Assembly (NCBI GenBank): GCA_015233115.1 | Contig: JADFYJ010000004.1 | Location: forward strand, 70,528 to 134,527 | Reading direction: 5' to 3' | DNA: 64,000 bases | Source of the DNA: Candidatus Omnitrophota bacterium | GTDB lineage: Bacteria; Omnitrophota; Gorgyraeia; Zapsychrales; Zapsychraceae | Part shown: positions 26,334-37,197 of the stretch, one piece after another | Layout of the letters: every line of letters starts with the position of its first letter | How positions within the stretch are numbered: the stretch's first letter is position 1 | The notes under the pieces: generated by a model | What the model was told of the DNA's origin: nothing | Database searches by the model: none | What the model saw: only the letters and a program-made list of their open reading frames with translations | Program-made: the position numbers and the translations under genes

Positions 26334-28118
26334 TTATTTTGACAACAACTGGTTAAATTTTATTTTCAATTCTTCAAGCCGGGCATAATCGCCTGACTTT
26401 TCGGCCGCCTTAATAGCGTCGACAATTTCGTGCCGGCTAACTTTTTGGCGATCTTGTTTTATACGGCCGACAAAATCCGCGTGCATTTTATCTTTGTCTG
26501 CCGAGGGAGGCGTCTCTTCGGTCATAAGTGCCGAGATCAATTGCCTCAATTTTGGATCCTCGAATCTGCTGATCAAATGTGCGATATCTGTCGACTGTCC
26601 CTGTTCAAACAGCTGGTAAATCTGCGTGATCACTGTCCGGATTGTCTCATCGTGAAAATCTGACGGAGCGATCTCCTTCTTGGTCAACGCAATAAATCTT
26701 TTTTCTTCTATGATTAACCGCAAAATATCCCGTTCAACGGTCCGCGTGGTCACTTGTACCACAAAATCTTTTTCTTCAATCCGATTCGAAATCCGCTGGG
26801 ATAATTGCGTATCCACTTTTTTATATTCTGCCGAAAGTATCTCGGTGCTAATATCTACTTTCTTCGCTAATTTCCTTAAATATTCATCTTGCTCAACCGC
26901 ATTGGGAAACCGGTAAATCGTCGGAAGCATTTCTCCGGCAATCCGGGCTTTCCCCTTTGGTGTTTGACTGTCATGCTGTTTTAATAAATAATCCAGCTTA
27001 AAATCAAACACATTTTGCGCGGCCGTAATTCGAGCCTTAAGCGCTTCTGCCCCATAACTGCGAATGAACGAATCAGGATCATCTCCCTCTGCCAGCGTCA
27101 CAACTGAAACATCAATATTTTCTTCAATCAATGTGTCAAAACTCCGCATCATCGCTGACAAACCTGCCGGATCACTATCATAAAGCATAACCACATTATG
27201 AGTATAGCGTCTAATCAAGCGGATTTGCTCAACAGTCAAGGCAGTACCCAGCGACGCGACCACATTATGAAAACCTGCCTGATACGGCATTAAACAATCC
27301 ATGTAGCCTTCCACAATCACCACCTGATCATCTTGCGTAATTACGGATTTCGCCAAATGGAACCCGTACATATGATGACCTTTGGTATAGACCAGAGTTT
27401 CCGGCGAATTAATATATTTTGCGCCGTCTGCTTCCTGCGATTTTTCAATCGCCCGGGCACCAAACGCCCGGCAATGGCCTTGGGTATCAAAGATCGGAAA
27501 CATAATCCGTCCACGAAACCGGTCATAATAGCCTTCGGAACGTTCCCGACGGATAATCAACCCGGCCTTTTCAATCAAGCTTAACGGAAAATTTTTTAAA
27601 CGTAAATAATCCAAAAGGTCATCCCATTTATCAGCGGAAAAACCTAACTGGAATATTTTAACCGTCTCAAGCTCCACTCCGCGGTCTTTTAAATACTGTC
27701 GAGCTTTTTGAGCATTTTCACTTTTATCAGAGAGCAATGTTTTATGAAAAAATTCTGCCGCCGCTAAATTCACGTCAAAGATCAATTGACGTTCGTGATG
27801 TTCATGATTGTCACCGGTAAATTGATCCGGGATCTCAATATTCACTTTCTGCGCCAAAAACCTAACCGCTTCAGGAAAATTCAAGTGTTCCTGCAAAGTT
27901 ACGAATGATACAACATTACCGCCAGCACCGCAACCAAAACAATGAAATATCTGTTTATCCGGATTCACCACAAACGACGGAGACTTTTCCTGGTGAAACG
28001 GACAATTCGTCTTAAAATTCCGGCCAGCTCTTTTGAGAGGGTAATAAGCGGAGATTGTCTGAACAATATCCGTCGCTTCAATAACTCGTCTTATTATCTC
28101 TTCTGGAATCCGGCTCAT
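26334..28118 (-). CDS. dnaG: DNA primase
   Basis: Zn-finger CPFHQEKSPSFVVNPDKQIFHCFGCGAGGNVVSF. TOPRIM domain (EGYMDCL, DSDPAG). I take the start at MSRIPEE. The ORF tracker's extra 20 N-terminal codons are probably not translated. Confidence 0.9.
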   Translation of the reverse strand: MSRIPEEIIRRVIEATDIVQTISAYYPLKRAGRNFKTNCPFHQEKSPSFVVNPDKQIFHCFGCGAGGNVVSFVTLQEHLNFPEAVRFLAQKVNIEIPDQFTGDNHEHHERQLIFDVNLAAAEFFHKTLLSDKSENAQKARQYLKDRGVELETVKIFQLGFSADKWDDLLDYLRLKNFPLSLIEKAGLIIRRERSEGYYDRFRGRIMFPIFDTQGHCRAFGARAIEKSQEADGAKYINSPETLVYTKGHHMYGFHLAKSVITQDDQVVIVEGYMDCLMPYQAGFHNVVASLGTALTVEQIRLIRRYTHNVVMLYDSDPAGLSAMMRSFDTLIEENIDVSVVTLAEGDDPDSFIRSYGAEALKARITAAQNVFDFKLDYLLKQHDSQTPKGKARIAGEMLPTIYRFPNAVEQDEYLRKLAKKVDISTEILSAEYKKVDTQLSQRISNRIEEKDFVVQVTTRTVERDILRLIIEEKRFIALTKKEIAPSDFHDETIRTVITQIYQLFEQGQSTDIAHLISRFEDPKLRQLISALMTEETPPSADKDKMHADFVGRIKQDRQKVSRHEIVDAIKAAEKSGDYARLEELKIKFNQLLSK

Positions 28119-28338
28119 ATTTTTAAAAACCTGCTTCTTTGGTGCTAAAGTATAACACATGATTCTTTTGAATGTCAAGAAAGCGATTTCCCCTCGAAAA
28201 TCAACAAATTTTAACGTAAATCATTGGTAATGTTTATTTTGTGGCTTTAAATCATTCTAGAAATTTTTACTTTATTTTTAGCATTTTAGTCTATTCGAGT
28301 TTCTGTTACAATTTTTAAACTTTTCCCAATGAACTCAT

Positions 28339-28368
28339 TGACTTTTATTCTTACCAATGGTATCTTTT
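28339..28368 (+). promoter_or_regulatory. Putative sigma-70 promoter for the GAF-GGDEF gene
   Basis: TTGACT, 17-nt spacer, TATCTT. It lies about 50 nt upstream of the ATG. A GAGGT RBS sits 9 nt before the start. Confidence 0.35.
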
Positions 28369-28416
28369 AGCAATATACTAATTGCATCATAACGCTTATT
28401 TCTGAGGTTTAGCCTC

Positions 28417-29607
28417 ATGGAAAATATAGAACAAGATTTATCGCATCAAGAACTATTGGACCTGTATACTCGGACCCAGCGCGATCTGAATGTGCTTTAT
28501 GAAGTCAGCAACGCGATGCGGACCACTTTGGAACTCAATCACATCCTCTATATCATTTTGACCGGTGTCACCTCCCATATGGGTCTTGGTTTCAACCGCG
28601 CGGTTCTCTTTCTCGTTAATTCAACCAACCGTTATCTGGAACCCAAGATGGCTATTGGGCCGGAATCAGGCGAACAAGCGCATCAAATCTGGGAATCCAT
28701 GTCGGATCATGAACAAAAACTGGAAGATTTGATCGAAACTGAGAAAGTATATCTTAATATTCAACAATCCGCCATATTACGCAGTTTACGCGATTTAATT
28801 ATTCCGCTCGGCGGAGAATCAGAAAAAAGCCTGCTGTACCAGGCTTTTCAAAGCGGACAATCCATACATATTACGGAAGCAGAAATCCAGAATTACCAAA
28901 ATGATCTGCTCCTTAAATATTTCAGGACCAATGAACTCGTCATTATGCCGCTTAAAGCCAAAGATAAAATCAATGGATTGATCGTCGCTGATAATTTATT
29001 TACTAAAAAACCGATCACCCAAGAAGACCTTCGCATGTTCCTTATGTTAGCCAACCAGGCCGGACTGGCGATCGAAAATTCCCAGCTCTACGAAATGGCG
29101 ATGCACCGCAGTCAGACAGATTCATTAACCAAATTATGGAATCATGGCTTTTTTCACAACCGGCTCCTGCACGAGATAAAATTACATAAAGACAGTCAAA
29201 GTCCCTTGACTCTTCTTTTGATTGATATTGATAATTTCAAATCATTAAACGATCAACTTGGACATCAAACCGGTGACTCGGTTTTAAAAGAAATGGCCAG
29301 TATACTCAAAGATTCTTGCCGGGAAATTGACTGTGTCTGCCGTTACGGCGGCGAAGAATTTACCGTGATCCTTCCCAACACCAATAAAGAACAAGGTTAC
29401 CTCACATCAGAACGCATCCGCCGAAAAATCGAAATGCATGAGTTTCAGGATGTCGCGTCTAAGAAAAAAGAGCCTGTGACTGTCAGCATAGGCCTCGCCA
29501 CATTTGCCGAAGACGCTCAGTCCAATGACGAGCTTATTCACGCGTCTGATAAAGCGATGTATAAGGCGAAATTTGGTGGAAAAAATCAGACGTACGTTTC
29601 TGATTAA
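28417..29607 (+). CDS. GAF-domain diguanylate cyclase (GGDEF)
   Basis: N-terminal GAF-like sensory region. C-terminal GGDEF with RYGGEEF active site and DxLT motif (DSLTKLWN). It is the only plus-strand gene in the window. Confidence 0.85.
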   Translation: MENIEQDLSHQELLDLYTRTQRDLNVLYEVSNAMRTTLELNHILYIILTGVTSHMGLGFNRAVLFLVNSTNRYLEPKMAIGPESGEQAHQIWESMSDHEQKLEDLIETEKVYLNIQQSAILRSLRDLIIPLGGESEKSLLYQAFQSGQSIHITEAEIQNYQNDLLLKYFRTNELVIMPLKAKDKINGLIVADNLFTKKPITQEDLRMFLMLANQAGLAIENSQLYEMAMHRSQTDSLTKLWNHGFFHNRLLHEIKLHKDSQSPLTLLLIDIDNFKSLNDQLGHQTGDSVLKEMASILKDSCREIDCVCRYGGEEFTVILPNTNKEQGYLTSERIRRKIEMHEFQDVASKKKEPVTVSIGLATFAEDAQSNDELIHASDKAMYKAKFGGKNQTYVSD

Positions 29608-29670
29608 AAGTGGTAAATGAAGAAACGATTGCTGCAAATGAAACCTACCAAGCGATAAAACATTCAACAG

Positions 29671-29716
29671 CCTAAAAAAAAAACCGAATCAGTTTTTACT
29701 GATTCGGTTTAATTTT
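29671..29716. terminator. Bidirectional rho-independent terminator between the convergent GGDEF gene and smc
   Basis: A10, then 11-bp stem AACCGAATCAG/CTGATTCGGTT with a 6-nt loop, then TAATTTT. Confidence 0.7.
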
Positions 29717-29732
29717 AAAATTATTTCCCGTA

Positions 29733-32700
29733 TTACACAGCAGCCATCTCTTCTTCATTGGCCGGCTGCTCATTTGATATGACTAAATTTTCTGAAGCAG
29801 CTGGTTGTTCGTTTACCACGGATTCAGCTTCGGACGCAACTGGCTCCGTCTGCGGCGCAGTCTGGTGTTTTTCGCTTTCGCTTAATTTTACGGAGACGAT
29901 GCGAGAGACGCCGGTTTCGGGCATGGTTACGCCGTACAAAATGTCGGCGACGGCTATGGTTTTTTTGTTGTGCGTGATCACGATAAATTGCGCTACTTTG
30001 GCAAATTCTTTTAACAAGAGACAGAAACGGTCTACGTTAGCCTCGTCTAGAGCGGCGTCAATTTCGTCCAGAACGCAGAAGGGGCTTGGGTGGACTTTGA
30101 ATACTCCGAATATTAAAGCGATGGCAGCCATGGTGCGTTCTCCGCCGGAGAGCAAAGAAATGCTTTGCGGTTTCTTTCCCGGAGGCCGGGCCACAATATC
30201 AATGCCGGATTCCAAAACATTTTCCGGATCCAATAAAATCAGTTCTGCTTCGCCGCCGCCGAATAGCATTTTAAAATAAATTTTAAACTGTTCATTCACT
30301 TTCTCAAAAGTTTCCATGAACATCTGCCGGGTCGAGCGGTTGATCTTTTTAATCGTTTCCATAAGCTGCGATTTTGCTTCTAGAAGATCGCATTGCTGTT
30401 TGGTCAAGAACTGAAAACGTTCTTTTAATTCTTCATATTCGTCGATCGCGACCAAATTCACGGCGCCGAACGAATCACAATACTTGCGTAATTTGGCAAT
30501 CTCTTCTCTCATCGCCGAAACATCACCCATATCATCATCTTCTGGCGTCAATAATTTTAAATCCGGGCCGGTATAACTTAACATTAAACAATCTTGCGCG
30601 TCATGATAGGTTAACCCCTGATACGGATTGACTCCGGTAAATTGTAAAGCCGAACTTTGCAGAACCGTTTCCATCAAACGATCAAAATCAATTTTATAAA
30701 TCTGCAGGAGCATATCTTTAAGGGATTTCTCACTAAAGCCTATTTCCTGCAAAGCCATTTGTTGGTTATGCGTATTCTGTTTGACGGAATCCAATTCTTC
30801 TTCAACGGATTTCATCTGTTCCCGCACACTATTGATCTGACTGCCCATGTCTAAGCGTTTGGCTTCAAATTCGCTTAATGATTCGGTAGTCGATTCCTGT
30901 TCCTGTTTAAGCTCATCGATTTTAAATCCAAACGCCCGCATTTCATCTTCATAAACTGAACGCTTGTCAGTCTGACCATTCATGTCATTCTCGATTTTTT
31001 TGATCTCATCTAATGACGCGTCCAAAGTCTGCACAAATAAGGATTCATTCGATTTTTGGCTGATCATTTTTTCATGTTCGGAATGGATCTCCGCTTCCAA
31101 TTGAGCGACAGCTACGGCCATCTCTTCTTTTTGGCGGGCGCGTTCCACAATCCAGTCCTGCTGGTCCTTTATATCATTTTTGCACCATTCAATTTCTTTG
31201 GTTAAACTTTCCAAATCAAATTCACCGCGTTCTTCCCGCGCCTTCACTTCGGTTAAAGCTCCGTTGACTTCATCCAACTCTGAGCTTAACAAATCCAGCT
31301 CACTGGTCAATTTGACTTGTTCATTCACCACATCCTGACGCTGAGTCTCGAGGATGGACAACATTTTTTCTTTATTATGGACCATGCCGAATAAACTTTT
31401 GAAAGCAGCGCGCTCGGCTTGTATCTGTAATTCCACTTCCTGTTTAATCAATACTTGCTCATCGATACTACGCGATATTTCTTCGATCTTAGCAGAAATC
31501 TGTTGAGGATCCAGTTCAATAAATTTCATTTCGCAAACAATCTGGTGCATGAAAGCCGCAGGTTCAGCCGCGCCGTTTAAACTCTGCCATTTTTGCAAAC
31601 CGTCGGCATCTATCGCCCTGACATTCTTGACTTTCCCGATAATACCGGTGTGATGGCCTTCGGGCATAGCCGCGGTCATAAAAGATCCTTCAATAATGGG
31701 ATCCGGGCTTTCCTGATATTGTGTATGCAGCTTTTCGGTAAATTCTTTTTGAGAAATCAAAAATAATTTTTTGCGCTCCAAATCATTAACCAGAGATTCC
31801 ATCTCTTTAAACCGCGATTCCAACGTATTCAAAAATTCTTCTTTTTGGTCCCGTTCCCGCACCAAGTCTTCGATGGTCGCGCGCATGTCCTGGACTTGAA
31901 TATTAACTTGCGCGAATTTATTTTCAATCAACGCTTTTTCACTGGACACTTTTTCCTGCTCAAGGTCCAAACGTTTTTTCCGGGCCAGAGCGCCTTGCGT
32001 TTCTTTCATGATTTCATTTAAACAGTTACGCGCCTGAATTTGCTGTGAAGTCAGCTGCATGATTTTCTCTTCGTCGCCGCTGATCTTTTGTTTGCCAGCG
32101 CGAATATCATGTTCAAGCCGGGTTAATTCATCTTTGCGGGTGATTAAGGTGGATTCACCGTTATCAATAATAGCTTGGGTCGATACCAAAGCGGCCTTGA
32201 GTTCTTCAATTTTTTGCTGTTGTATTTTACAGCGTTCAATCAATTTTTCCTTCTGCTCAATAAGACGCTGGTCGTTTTGATCTATATTCGAAAGGCGCTC
32301 TTCATTAAAATCGATTTGATTCTGATTCAGCTCAATTTGCCCGCTGATACGGATCTCGTCGGATTTTAAAACATTGATCTCTTGTTCCACATCATCGCAA
32401 TTGTTAATTAAATGATTTAAAAATTCGCTGATCTTTTCCAGCTCGGCCGTTAAATTTTTATCTTTATCTTTCAAATCTTCCAGAATCTGCCGAGATGCCG
32501 CGCGCTGTTCTGTAAACGCCTTGATGTCATACTTCGCCATTTTTAATTCGAGCGAGGTCAGCCGGTCCATTTGTTCTTTATATTTGCGGGCGCGATTCGC
32601 TTGACGTTCAATAGAACCAATTTGACGTTTAACTTCAATCACAATATCATTGACGCGCAATAAATTATTATCCGCTGCGGTGAGTTTGTTTAACGCTTCT

Positions 32701-33224
32701 TTCTTTTTCAATTTATATTTGGTAATCCCTGCGGCCTCGTCGAGAATAGCCCGGCGTTCTTCAGGCCGCGCGCTCACAACTGAATCTACCCGTCCTTGCT
32801 GAACCAGAGAATACGATTCGGCGCCGATCCCGGTGCCCATCATTAATTCCTGGATATCTTTGAGGCGGCAAACTGTGCGGTTTAAAAGATATTCGCTTTC
32901 TCCTGACCGGAACAAGCGACGGGTGACTGTGACCTCATCCGCTTCAAAGGCAAGTTGGCGCTTTAAATTTTCAAAAGTTACGCTGACTTCCGCGAAACCT
33001 AAAAACTGTTTAAATTGGGTTCCATTGAAAATAACATCTTCCATGGAGGTTCCGCGCAATTCTTTTACCTTTTGCTCGCCTAACACCCAGCGGATCGAAT
33101 CGAACACATTGCTCTTTCCGCAGCCGTTCGGCCCGACGATCGCGCTGATCCCGGCGTCAAATTTTAAAACAGTCTTATCCGCGAAAGATTTAAAACCAAA
33201 TATCTCAAGTTTTTTAAAATACAT
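29733..33224 (-). CDS. smc: Chromosome segregation protein SMC
   Basis: 1163 aa. N-terminal Walker A GPNGCGKSN, long coiled coils, a hinge, and C-terminal LSGGERTMAAIALIFGVF (signature) plus Walker B VLDEIDAALD. It has an acidic C-terminal tail. Confidence 0.95.
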   Translation of the reverse strand: MYFKKLEIFGFKSFADKTVLKFDAGISAIVGPNGCGKSNVFDSIRWVLGEQKVKELRGTSMEDVIFNGTQFKQFLGFAEVSVTFENLKRQLAFEADEVTVTRRLFRSGESEYLLNRTVCRLKDIQELMMGTGIGAESYSLVQQGRVDSVVSARPEERRAILDEAAGITKYKLKKKEALNKLTAADNNLLRVNDIVIEVKRQIGSIERQANRARKYKEQMDRLTSLELKMAKYDIKAFTEQRAASRQILEDLKDKDKNLTAELEKISEFLNHLINNCDDVEQEINVLKSDEIRISGQIELNQNQIDFNEERLSNIDQNDQRLIEQKEKLIERCKIQQQKIEELKAALVSTQAIIDNGESTLITRKDELTRLEHDIRAGKQKISGDEEKIMQLTSQQIQARNCLNEIMKETQGALARKKRLDLEQEKVSSEKALIENKFAQVNIQVQDMRATIEDLVRERDQKEEFLNTLESRFKEMESLVNDLERKKLFLISQKEFTEKLHTQYQESPDPIIEGSFMTAAMPEGHHTGIIGKVKNVRAIDADGLQKWQSLNGAAEPAAFMHQIVCEMKFIELDPQQISAKIEEISRSIDEQVLIKQEVELQIQAERAAFKSLFGMVHNKEKMLSILETQRQDVVNEQVKLTSELDLLSSELDEVNGALTEVKAREERGEFDLESLTKEIEWCKNDIKDQQDWIVERARQKEEMAVAVAQLEAEIHSEHEKMISQKSNESLFVQTLDASLDEIKKIENDMNGQTDKRSVYEDEMRAFGFKIDELKQEQESTTESLSEFEAKRLDMGSQINSVREQMKSVEEELDSVKQNTHNQQMALQEIGFSEKSLKDMLLQIYKIDFDRLMETVLQSSALQFTGVNPYQGLTYHDAQDCLMLSYTGPDLKLLTPEDDDMGDVSAMREEIAKLRKYCDSFGAVNLVAIDEYEELKERFQFLTKQQCDLLEAKSQLMETIKKINRSTRQMFMETFEKVNEQFKIYFKMLFGGGEAELILLDPENVLESGIDIVARPPGKKPQSISLLSGGERTMAAIALIFGVFKVHPSPFCVLDEIDAALDEANVDRFCLLLKEFAKVAQFIVITHNKKTIAVADILYGVTMPETGVSRIVSVKLSESEKHQTAPQTEPVASEAESVVNEQPAASENLVISNEQPANEEEMAAV

Positions 33225-33235
33225 TAACCAATCTC

Positions 33236-33418
33236 CTATTTAACCGTCACTAAGCTGGCCTCTAACCACAGATCAATCTTATCTTTTTGAAATCGCCATT
33301 GACCCACAGTTTTAAGGGCGGGGATTTTCTCTTTTTTCAACCAATCATAAACCGTACGTTTTTTGACTCGCAAATAATCCGCAACCTCTTCAATCGTCAT
33401 TAAGTCTTGGTAAGACAT
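33236..33418 (-). CDS. Excisionase-family helix-turn-helix DNA-binding protein
   Basis: 60 aa. MTIEEVADYLRVKKRTVYDWLKKEKIPALKTVGQWRF matches the Xis/MerR-type HTH (TIGR01764-like). It lies 11 nt upstream of the smc start. Confidence 0.6.
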   Translation of the reverse strand: MSYQDLMTIEEVADYLRVKKRTVYDWLKKEKIPALKTVGQWRFQKDKIDLWLEASLVTVK

Positions 33419-33595
33419 GCGATGGCTCCCCCCTTTAAAACAATATAGAAAACAAAATACAATATTACTTTAGGAAATATATAGGACGATGTCAAATAAG
33501 AAATTAAAAAAGTAACATAGCCGCACTTACATCGTTTAACATTCTTTAACATGCGAAAAAACAACATTTGAATCACCGCGCCAGAGATTCATGGG

Positions 33596-35050
33596 TTATT
33601 GAGTCAGCCTGATTTTTAATTGTTTGAAAAATGGAAAAAACTGGATTCTACGATATAAAAAATATAAGACATAATTAGACTTTAATAGCGACAACAATAC
33701 CTTTAAATAAAGCTTCCACGCTGGACGATGCCCTTTATACACATTGTACTCAAACCACGTATGCTGATTCTGAATTTGTGGCTTTGAAAAATAAGGCAGA
33801 TCAAGCACCGCTTTATTTCTTTCCATCCGGGGATCAACCTTCCCCTTCATCAACCCGCGCTCTTTGCATAAAAAGAAAAGATCTGTTCCCGGGTAAGGAT
33901 AAAATATCGATAAATATAAATAATCGGGCTGGCATTGCCGGTTCAACTTGACTGTTTCCTGAAAATCGTCCCAGGTTTCTTCCGGCAGACCCAGCATGTT
34001 CTGAAACCCAACGCGTAACCCGAATTTCCGCGCCGTAGCCACAGCTTTTATAATATCCTCGTTAGAATAAATTCTTTTTAAAACGTCTCGCCGGATCCGT
34101 TCGCTTCCGGACTCAAGGCCAATCGTCAGGTACGTTAAATTACATTTTTGAAACGCGCGGAATAAAATTTCGTAATCCACATTCGGGGTTACCCTTAAAT
34201 TCACTCCAAAGGTAAGCGGCTCCGCTAAAGTCGCATTATAGTTGGCCAATTGCCGGCATAATTCCAAAGCCCAGTCCATTTTGGCGCCAATGGTTTCCAC
34301 TTCAAGAAAAAAATCGCGCTTTTCTGGGTATTTAAGCTTCAATTCTTTAATTTCCGCGAGAATATTCTCCGGAGATCGAAACCGGACATACGCGCCCGGC
34401 GCTAATTTTTTTAACGCATGATTACAGCAATATGTGCATTGGAACGGACATCCCCGGCCTAAAAGAATGCTGTGTTTCCCATCAGGCTGTTCGTCAATCC
34501 ATTCGCGCCACATATCCCGGTCAGGAAACGGCAGGATATCGAGATTATCCACAAAAGCCCGTGACGGATTTTGTTCAACTGCGCCAGCAGGTTTAAACCA
34601 AAAATTTTTTATTCCGCTGGGCATTAAACCATGCTCGAGCTGGGTTACTAATTCCCCGGTTGGGATCTCCCCTTCTCCCACACACACCGCGTCAAAACTG
34701 TCGCGGATCACTTCTCCCGGATTCAACGAAGCATGGACCCCGCCGATCACTAAAAAAATATTAGGATATTTATTTTTGATATACGAAGCTTTGGAGGCAA
34801 CAAAAGGGTACTCGGTAGCCACAGCAGTGAATAAGACAACCTTGGGGCTAAACTCTTTAACTGCTTGTTCGATAAAAATTTCATTATATCGACCAGACAT
34901 GCGGCTTAAAACCAATAATTTCGTGGCATGTCCCTGACTTTTCAAATATGAGGAAATATACGAAATCCCAAATTGAATGACATCCGGATTCTGTAATGGT
35001 TTATGCGGAGACTGCGCATCGCACAACGACGTTATAAAAAGCACGTTCAT
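33596..35050 (-). CDS. B12-binding domain radical SAM protein
   Basis: N-terminal cobalamin-binding-like domain, then GRGCPFQCTYCCN (CX3CX2C) and radical-SAM core. Confidence 0.8.
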   Translation of the reverse strand: MNVLFITSLCDAQSPHKPLQNPDVIQFGISYISSYLKSQGHATKLLVLSRMSGRYNEIFIEQAVKEFSPKVVLFTAVATEYPFVASKASYIKNKYPNIFLVIGGVHASLNPGEVIRDSFDAVCVGEGEIPTGELVTQLEHGLMPSGIKNFWFKPAGAVEQNPSRAFVDNLDILPFPDRDMWREWIDEQPDGKHSILLGRGCPFQCTYCCNHALKKLAPGAYVRFRSPENILAEIKELKLKYPEKRDFFLEVETIGAKMDWALELCRQLANYNATLAEPLTFGVNLRVTPNVDYEILFRAFQKCNLTYLTIGLESGSERIRRDVLKRIYSNEDIIKAVATARKFGLRVGFQNMLGLPEETWDDFQETVKLNRQCQPDYLYLSIFYPYPGTDLFFLCKERGLMKGKVDPRMERNKAVLDLPYFSKPQIQNQHTWFEYNVYKGHRPAWKLYLKVLLSLLKSNYVLYFLYRRIQFFPFFKQLKIRLTQ

Positions 35051-35152
35051 AAAATAGGCTAAACCATGAAGGCTAAAGGTGATAAATTATAGGCAAAAAT
35101 TAAAAGGACAAACAAAAAACCTAGAATTTTAATTTATAAATTCTTTATAGTT

Positions 35153-35177
35153 CGGGCGATCGGGAGATCGCCCCTAC
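35153..35177. repeat. Solo palindromic repeat cgggcgatcgggagatcgcccctac
   Basis: Direct reading shows this. It is adjacent to CATGCTA repeats at 35190..35215. Confidence 0.8.
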
Positions 35178-35208
35178 GACAGCGTCACCACATGCTACAT
35201 GCTACATA

Positions 35209-36405
35209 CTATCTATTAAGAGCTGCTTTGAATTTTTTAGTTAAAAGCGGAACCACTTCGAACAAGTCCCCTACAATACCAAAATCCGCGACTGTGAAAA
35301 TTGGCGCATCCGGATCTTTATTAATCGCGATGATAGTTTCAGATGATTGCATGCCAACCAAATGCTGAATCTGACCTGAAATACCGCACGCAATATACAC
35401 TTTAGGACAAACTGTTTTTCCGGTCTGGCCAACCTGGTGCGAATAAGGCATCCAGCCGCTGTCAACAGCCGCGCGGGATGACCCCACAGCACCGCCTAAC
35501 ACTTGCGCTAATTCTTCGAGAATAGCAAAATTTTCCGGGCCCTTCATGCCGCGTCCGCCGGACACAATGATATCCGCTTCCGCGATATTCACTGTGGCTG
35601 TCACTTCTTCAACAATATCTAAAATTTTAGTACGCGAAGTTAATAACGTGCGGTCAACAGTTTCTTTAATGACTTTACCGGTGCGTGATTTATTAACAAC
35701 CGCAGCCTTAAACACTTTATGCCGGACTGTGGCCATTTGCGGACGATGATTTTTGCTTAAAATCGTGGCCATGATGTTCCCGCCGAAGGCCGGACGGGTT
35801 TGCATTAAAAATCCTTCTTTAGGATCAATATCCAAAGCAGTACAATCCGCAGTCAAGCCGGTGTGTAATTTTACCGCCACCCGGGAAACCAGGGAGCGGC
35901 CTAACACTGTCGCGCCGCAGAGAAAAATTTCTGGGCGGTATTTACGGATCACATTGACTAAAACTTTGGTATAAGCTTCATCAATAAAATTTTCTAATTC
36001 CGAAGCATCAACAATATAAACATTGTCAGCGCCGAGGTGAATCAATTCCTCTGCACAACCTTGAATATTATGACCTAGAACCACGCAGGATAATTCCACT
36101 CCGCGTTTATCCGCCAATTCGCGGCCTTTTCCTAATAATTCAAAAACCACAGACTGAATCTTGCCTTTTTTCTGCTCACCAAAAACCCATACGCCTTTGT
36201 ACTGTTCCAAATTCGGCGTACGACTGTTTTCACGTTTTAATTCAATCGCGTGAAATTTGCATGAATCCACGCAAGCTCCGCACAATGTGCATTTGTCAAA
36301 ATCAATCACTGCTTTTTTATCCGCCATAGTCAAAGCACAGAACGGACACACCTTTGTGCAGATTGTACATCCTGTACATTTATCTTTAATAATCTCTATT
36401 CCCAT
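35209..36405 (-). CDS. etfA: Electron transfer flavoprotein alpha subunit with N-terminal 2x[4Fe-4S] ferredoxin domain
   Basis: The N-terminus has two Cys clusters (CTGCTICTKVCPFCA...CTLCGACVDSCKFHA). The C-terminal FAD region has SGQIQHLVGMQSSETIIAINKDPDAPIF. Confidence 0.85.
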   Translation of the reverse strand: MGIEIIKDKCTGCTICTKVCPFCALTMADKKAVIDFDKCTLCGACVDSCKFHAIELKRENSRTPNLEQYKGVWVFGEQKKGKIQSVVFELLGKGRELADKRGVELSCVVLGHNIQGCAEELIHLGADNVYIVDASELENFIDEAYTKVLVNVIRKYRPEIFLCGATVLGRSLVSRVAVKLHTGLTADCTALDIDPKEGFLMQTRPAFGGNIMATILSKNHRPQMATVRHKVFKAAVVNKSRTGKVIKETVDRTLLTSRTKILDIVEEVTATVNIAEADIIVSGGRGMKGPENFAILEELAQVLGGAVGSSRAAVDSGWMPYSHQVGQTGKTVCPKVYIACGISGQIQHLVGMQSSETIIAINKDPDAPIFTVADFGIVGDLFEVVPLLTKKFKAALNR

Positions 36406-36411
36406 GGCTTA

Positions 36412-37197
36412 TTAACCTTTCAAATGATCTTTAAGTGTGCTTACCAATTTATCCGCGCAGGCATCCGCTTCCCCTTCAAAAATCTCACCTTTAGGCCGCG
36501 ACGGCGGCGTAAATATTTTACTGACCCAAGTCGGAGATCCGGTTAAACCTAAACGGCTCTCATCCACATCCATATCAATCGCTTTCATAGCTTTGATCGG
36601 AGCTGATTTGGCTTTCATTTTTCCTTTTAATGACGGCAAACGCGGCTCATTGATCTCTTTAACCACGGTGATCAAACAAGGCATACTCGTTTGCACAATC
36701 TCATAACCTTCTTCCGTCATGCGGTGCATCACAGCATGGCCGTCTTTAATGTCTTCGATTTTGTTCACATACGTCACCTGCGGCAGATCTAATTGAGTAG
36801 CAATACCCGGCCCTACCTGAGCCGTATCACCGTCAGACGCCTGTTTACCGCAAATGATGATATCCACATCACCAATTTTTTTTATCGCCATGGCCAAAAT
36901 ATACCCCGTCGCTAACGTATCAGATCCGGCAAAAGCACGGTCACTGACTAAAACAGCTTCATCCGCGCCAACCGTAATGGCTTCCCGTAACGCGTTTTCC
37001 GCCTGTGGTGGCCCCATGGTGACAACTGTCACTGTGCCGCCGAAACGTTCACGCAAACGAACGCCTTCTTCAATCGCGTACACATCAAAAGGATTAATAA
37101 TAGACTGCACGCCTTCACGCACCAGCGTGTTAGTTTGCGGATCAATTTTGACCTGAGTCGTGTCAGGTACTTGTTTCATACAGACCACGATTTTCAT
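36412..37197 (-). CDS. etfB: Electron transfer flavoprotein beta subunit
   Basis: MKIVVCMKQVPD start and EtfB layout. Confidence 0.85.
   Translation of the reverse strand: MKIVVCMKQVPDTTQVKIDPQTNTLVREGVQSIINPFDVYAIEEGVRLRERFGGTVTVVTMGPPQAENALREAITVGADEAVLVSDRAFAGSDTLATGYILAMAIKKIGDVDIIICGKQASDGDTAQVGPGIATQLDLPQVTYVNKIEDIKDGHAVMHRMTEEGYEIVQTSMPCLITVVKEINEPRLPSLKGKMKAKSAPIKAMKAIDMDVDESRLGLTGSPTWVSKIFTPPSRPKGEIFEGEADACADKLVSTLKDHLKG

Noticed and set aside
29758-30279. 173-aa plus-strand ORF, plus other plus-strand ORFs inside smc (30374..30631, 32059..32369, 32833..33243)
   Set aside because: They are antisense shadow ORFs within the 3.5-kb smc gene, and smc is intact and strongly supported.
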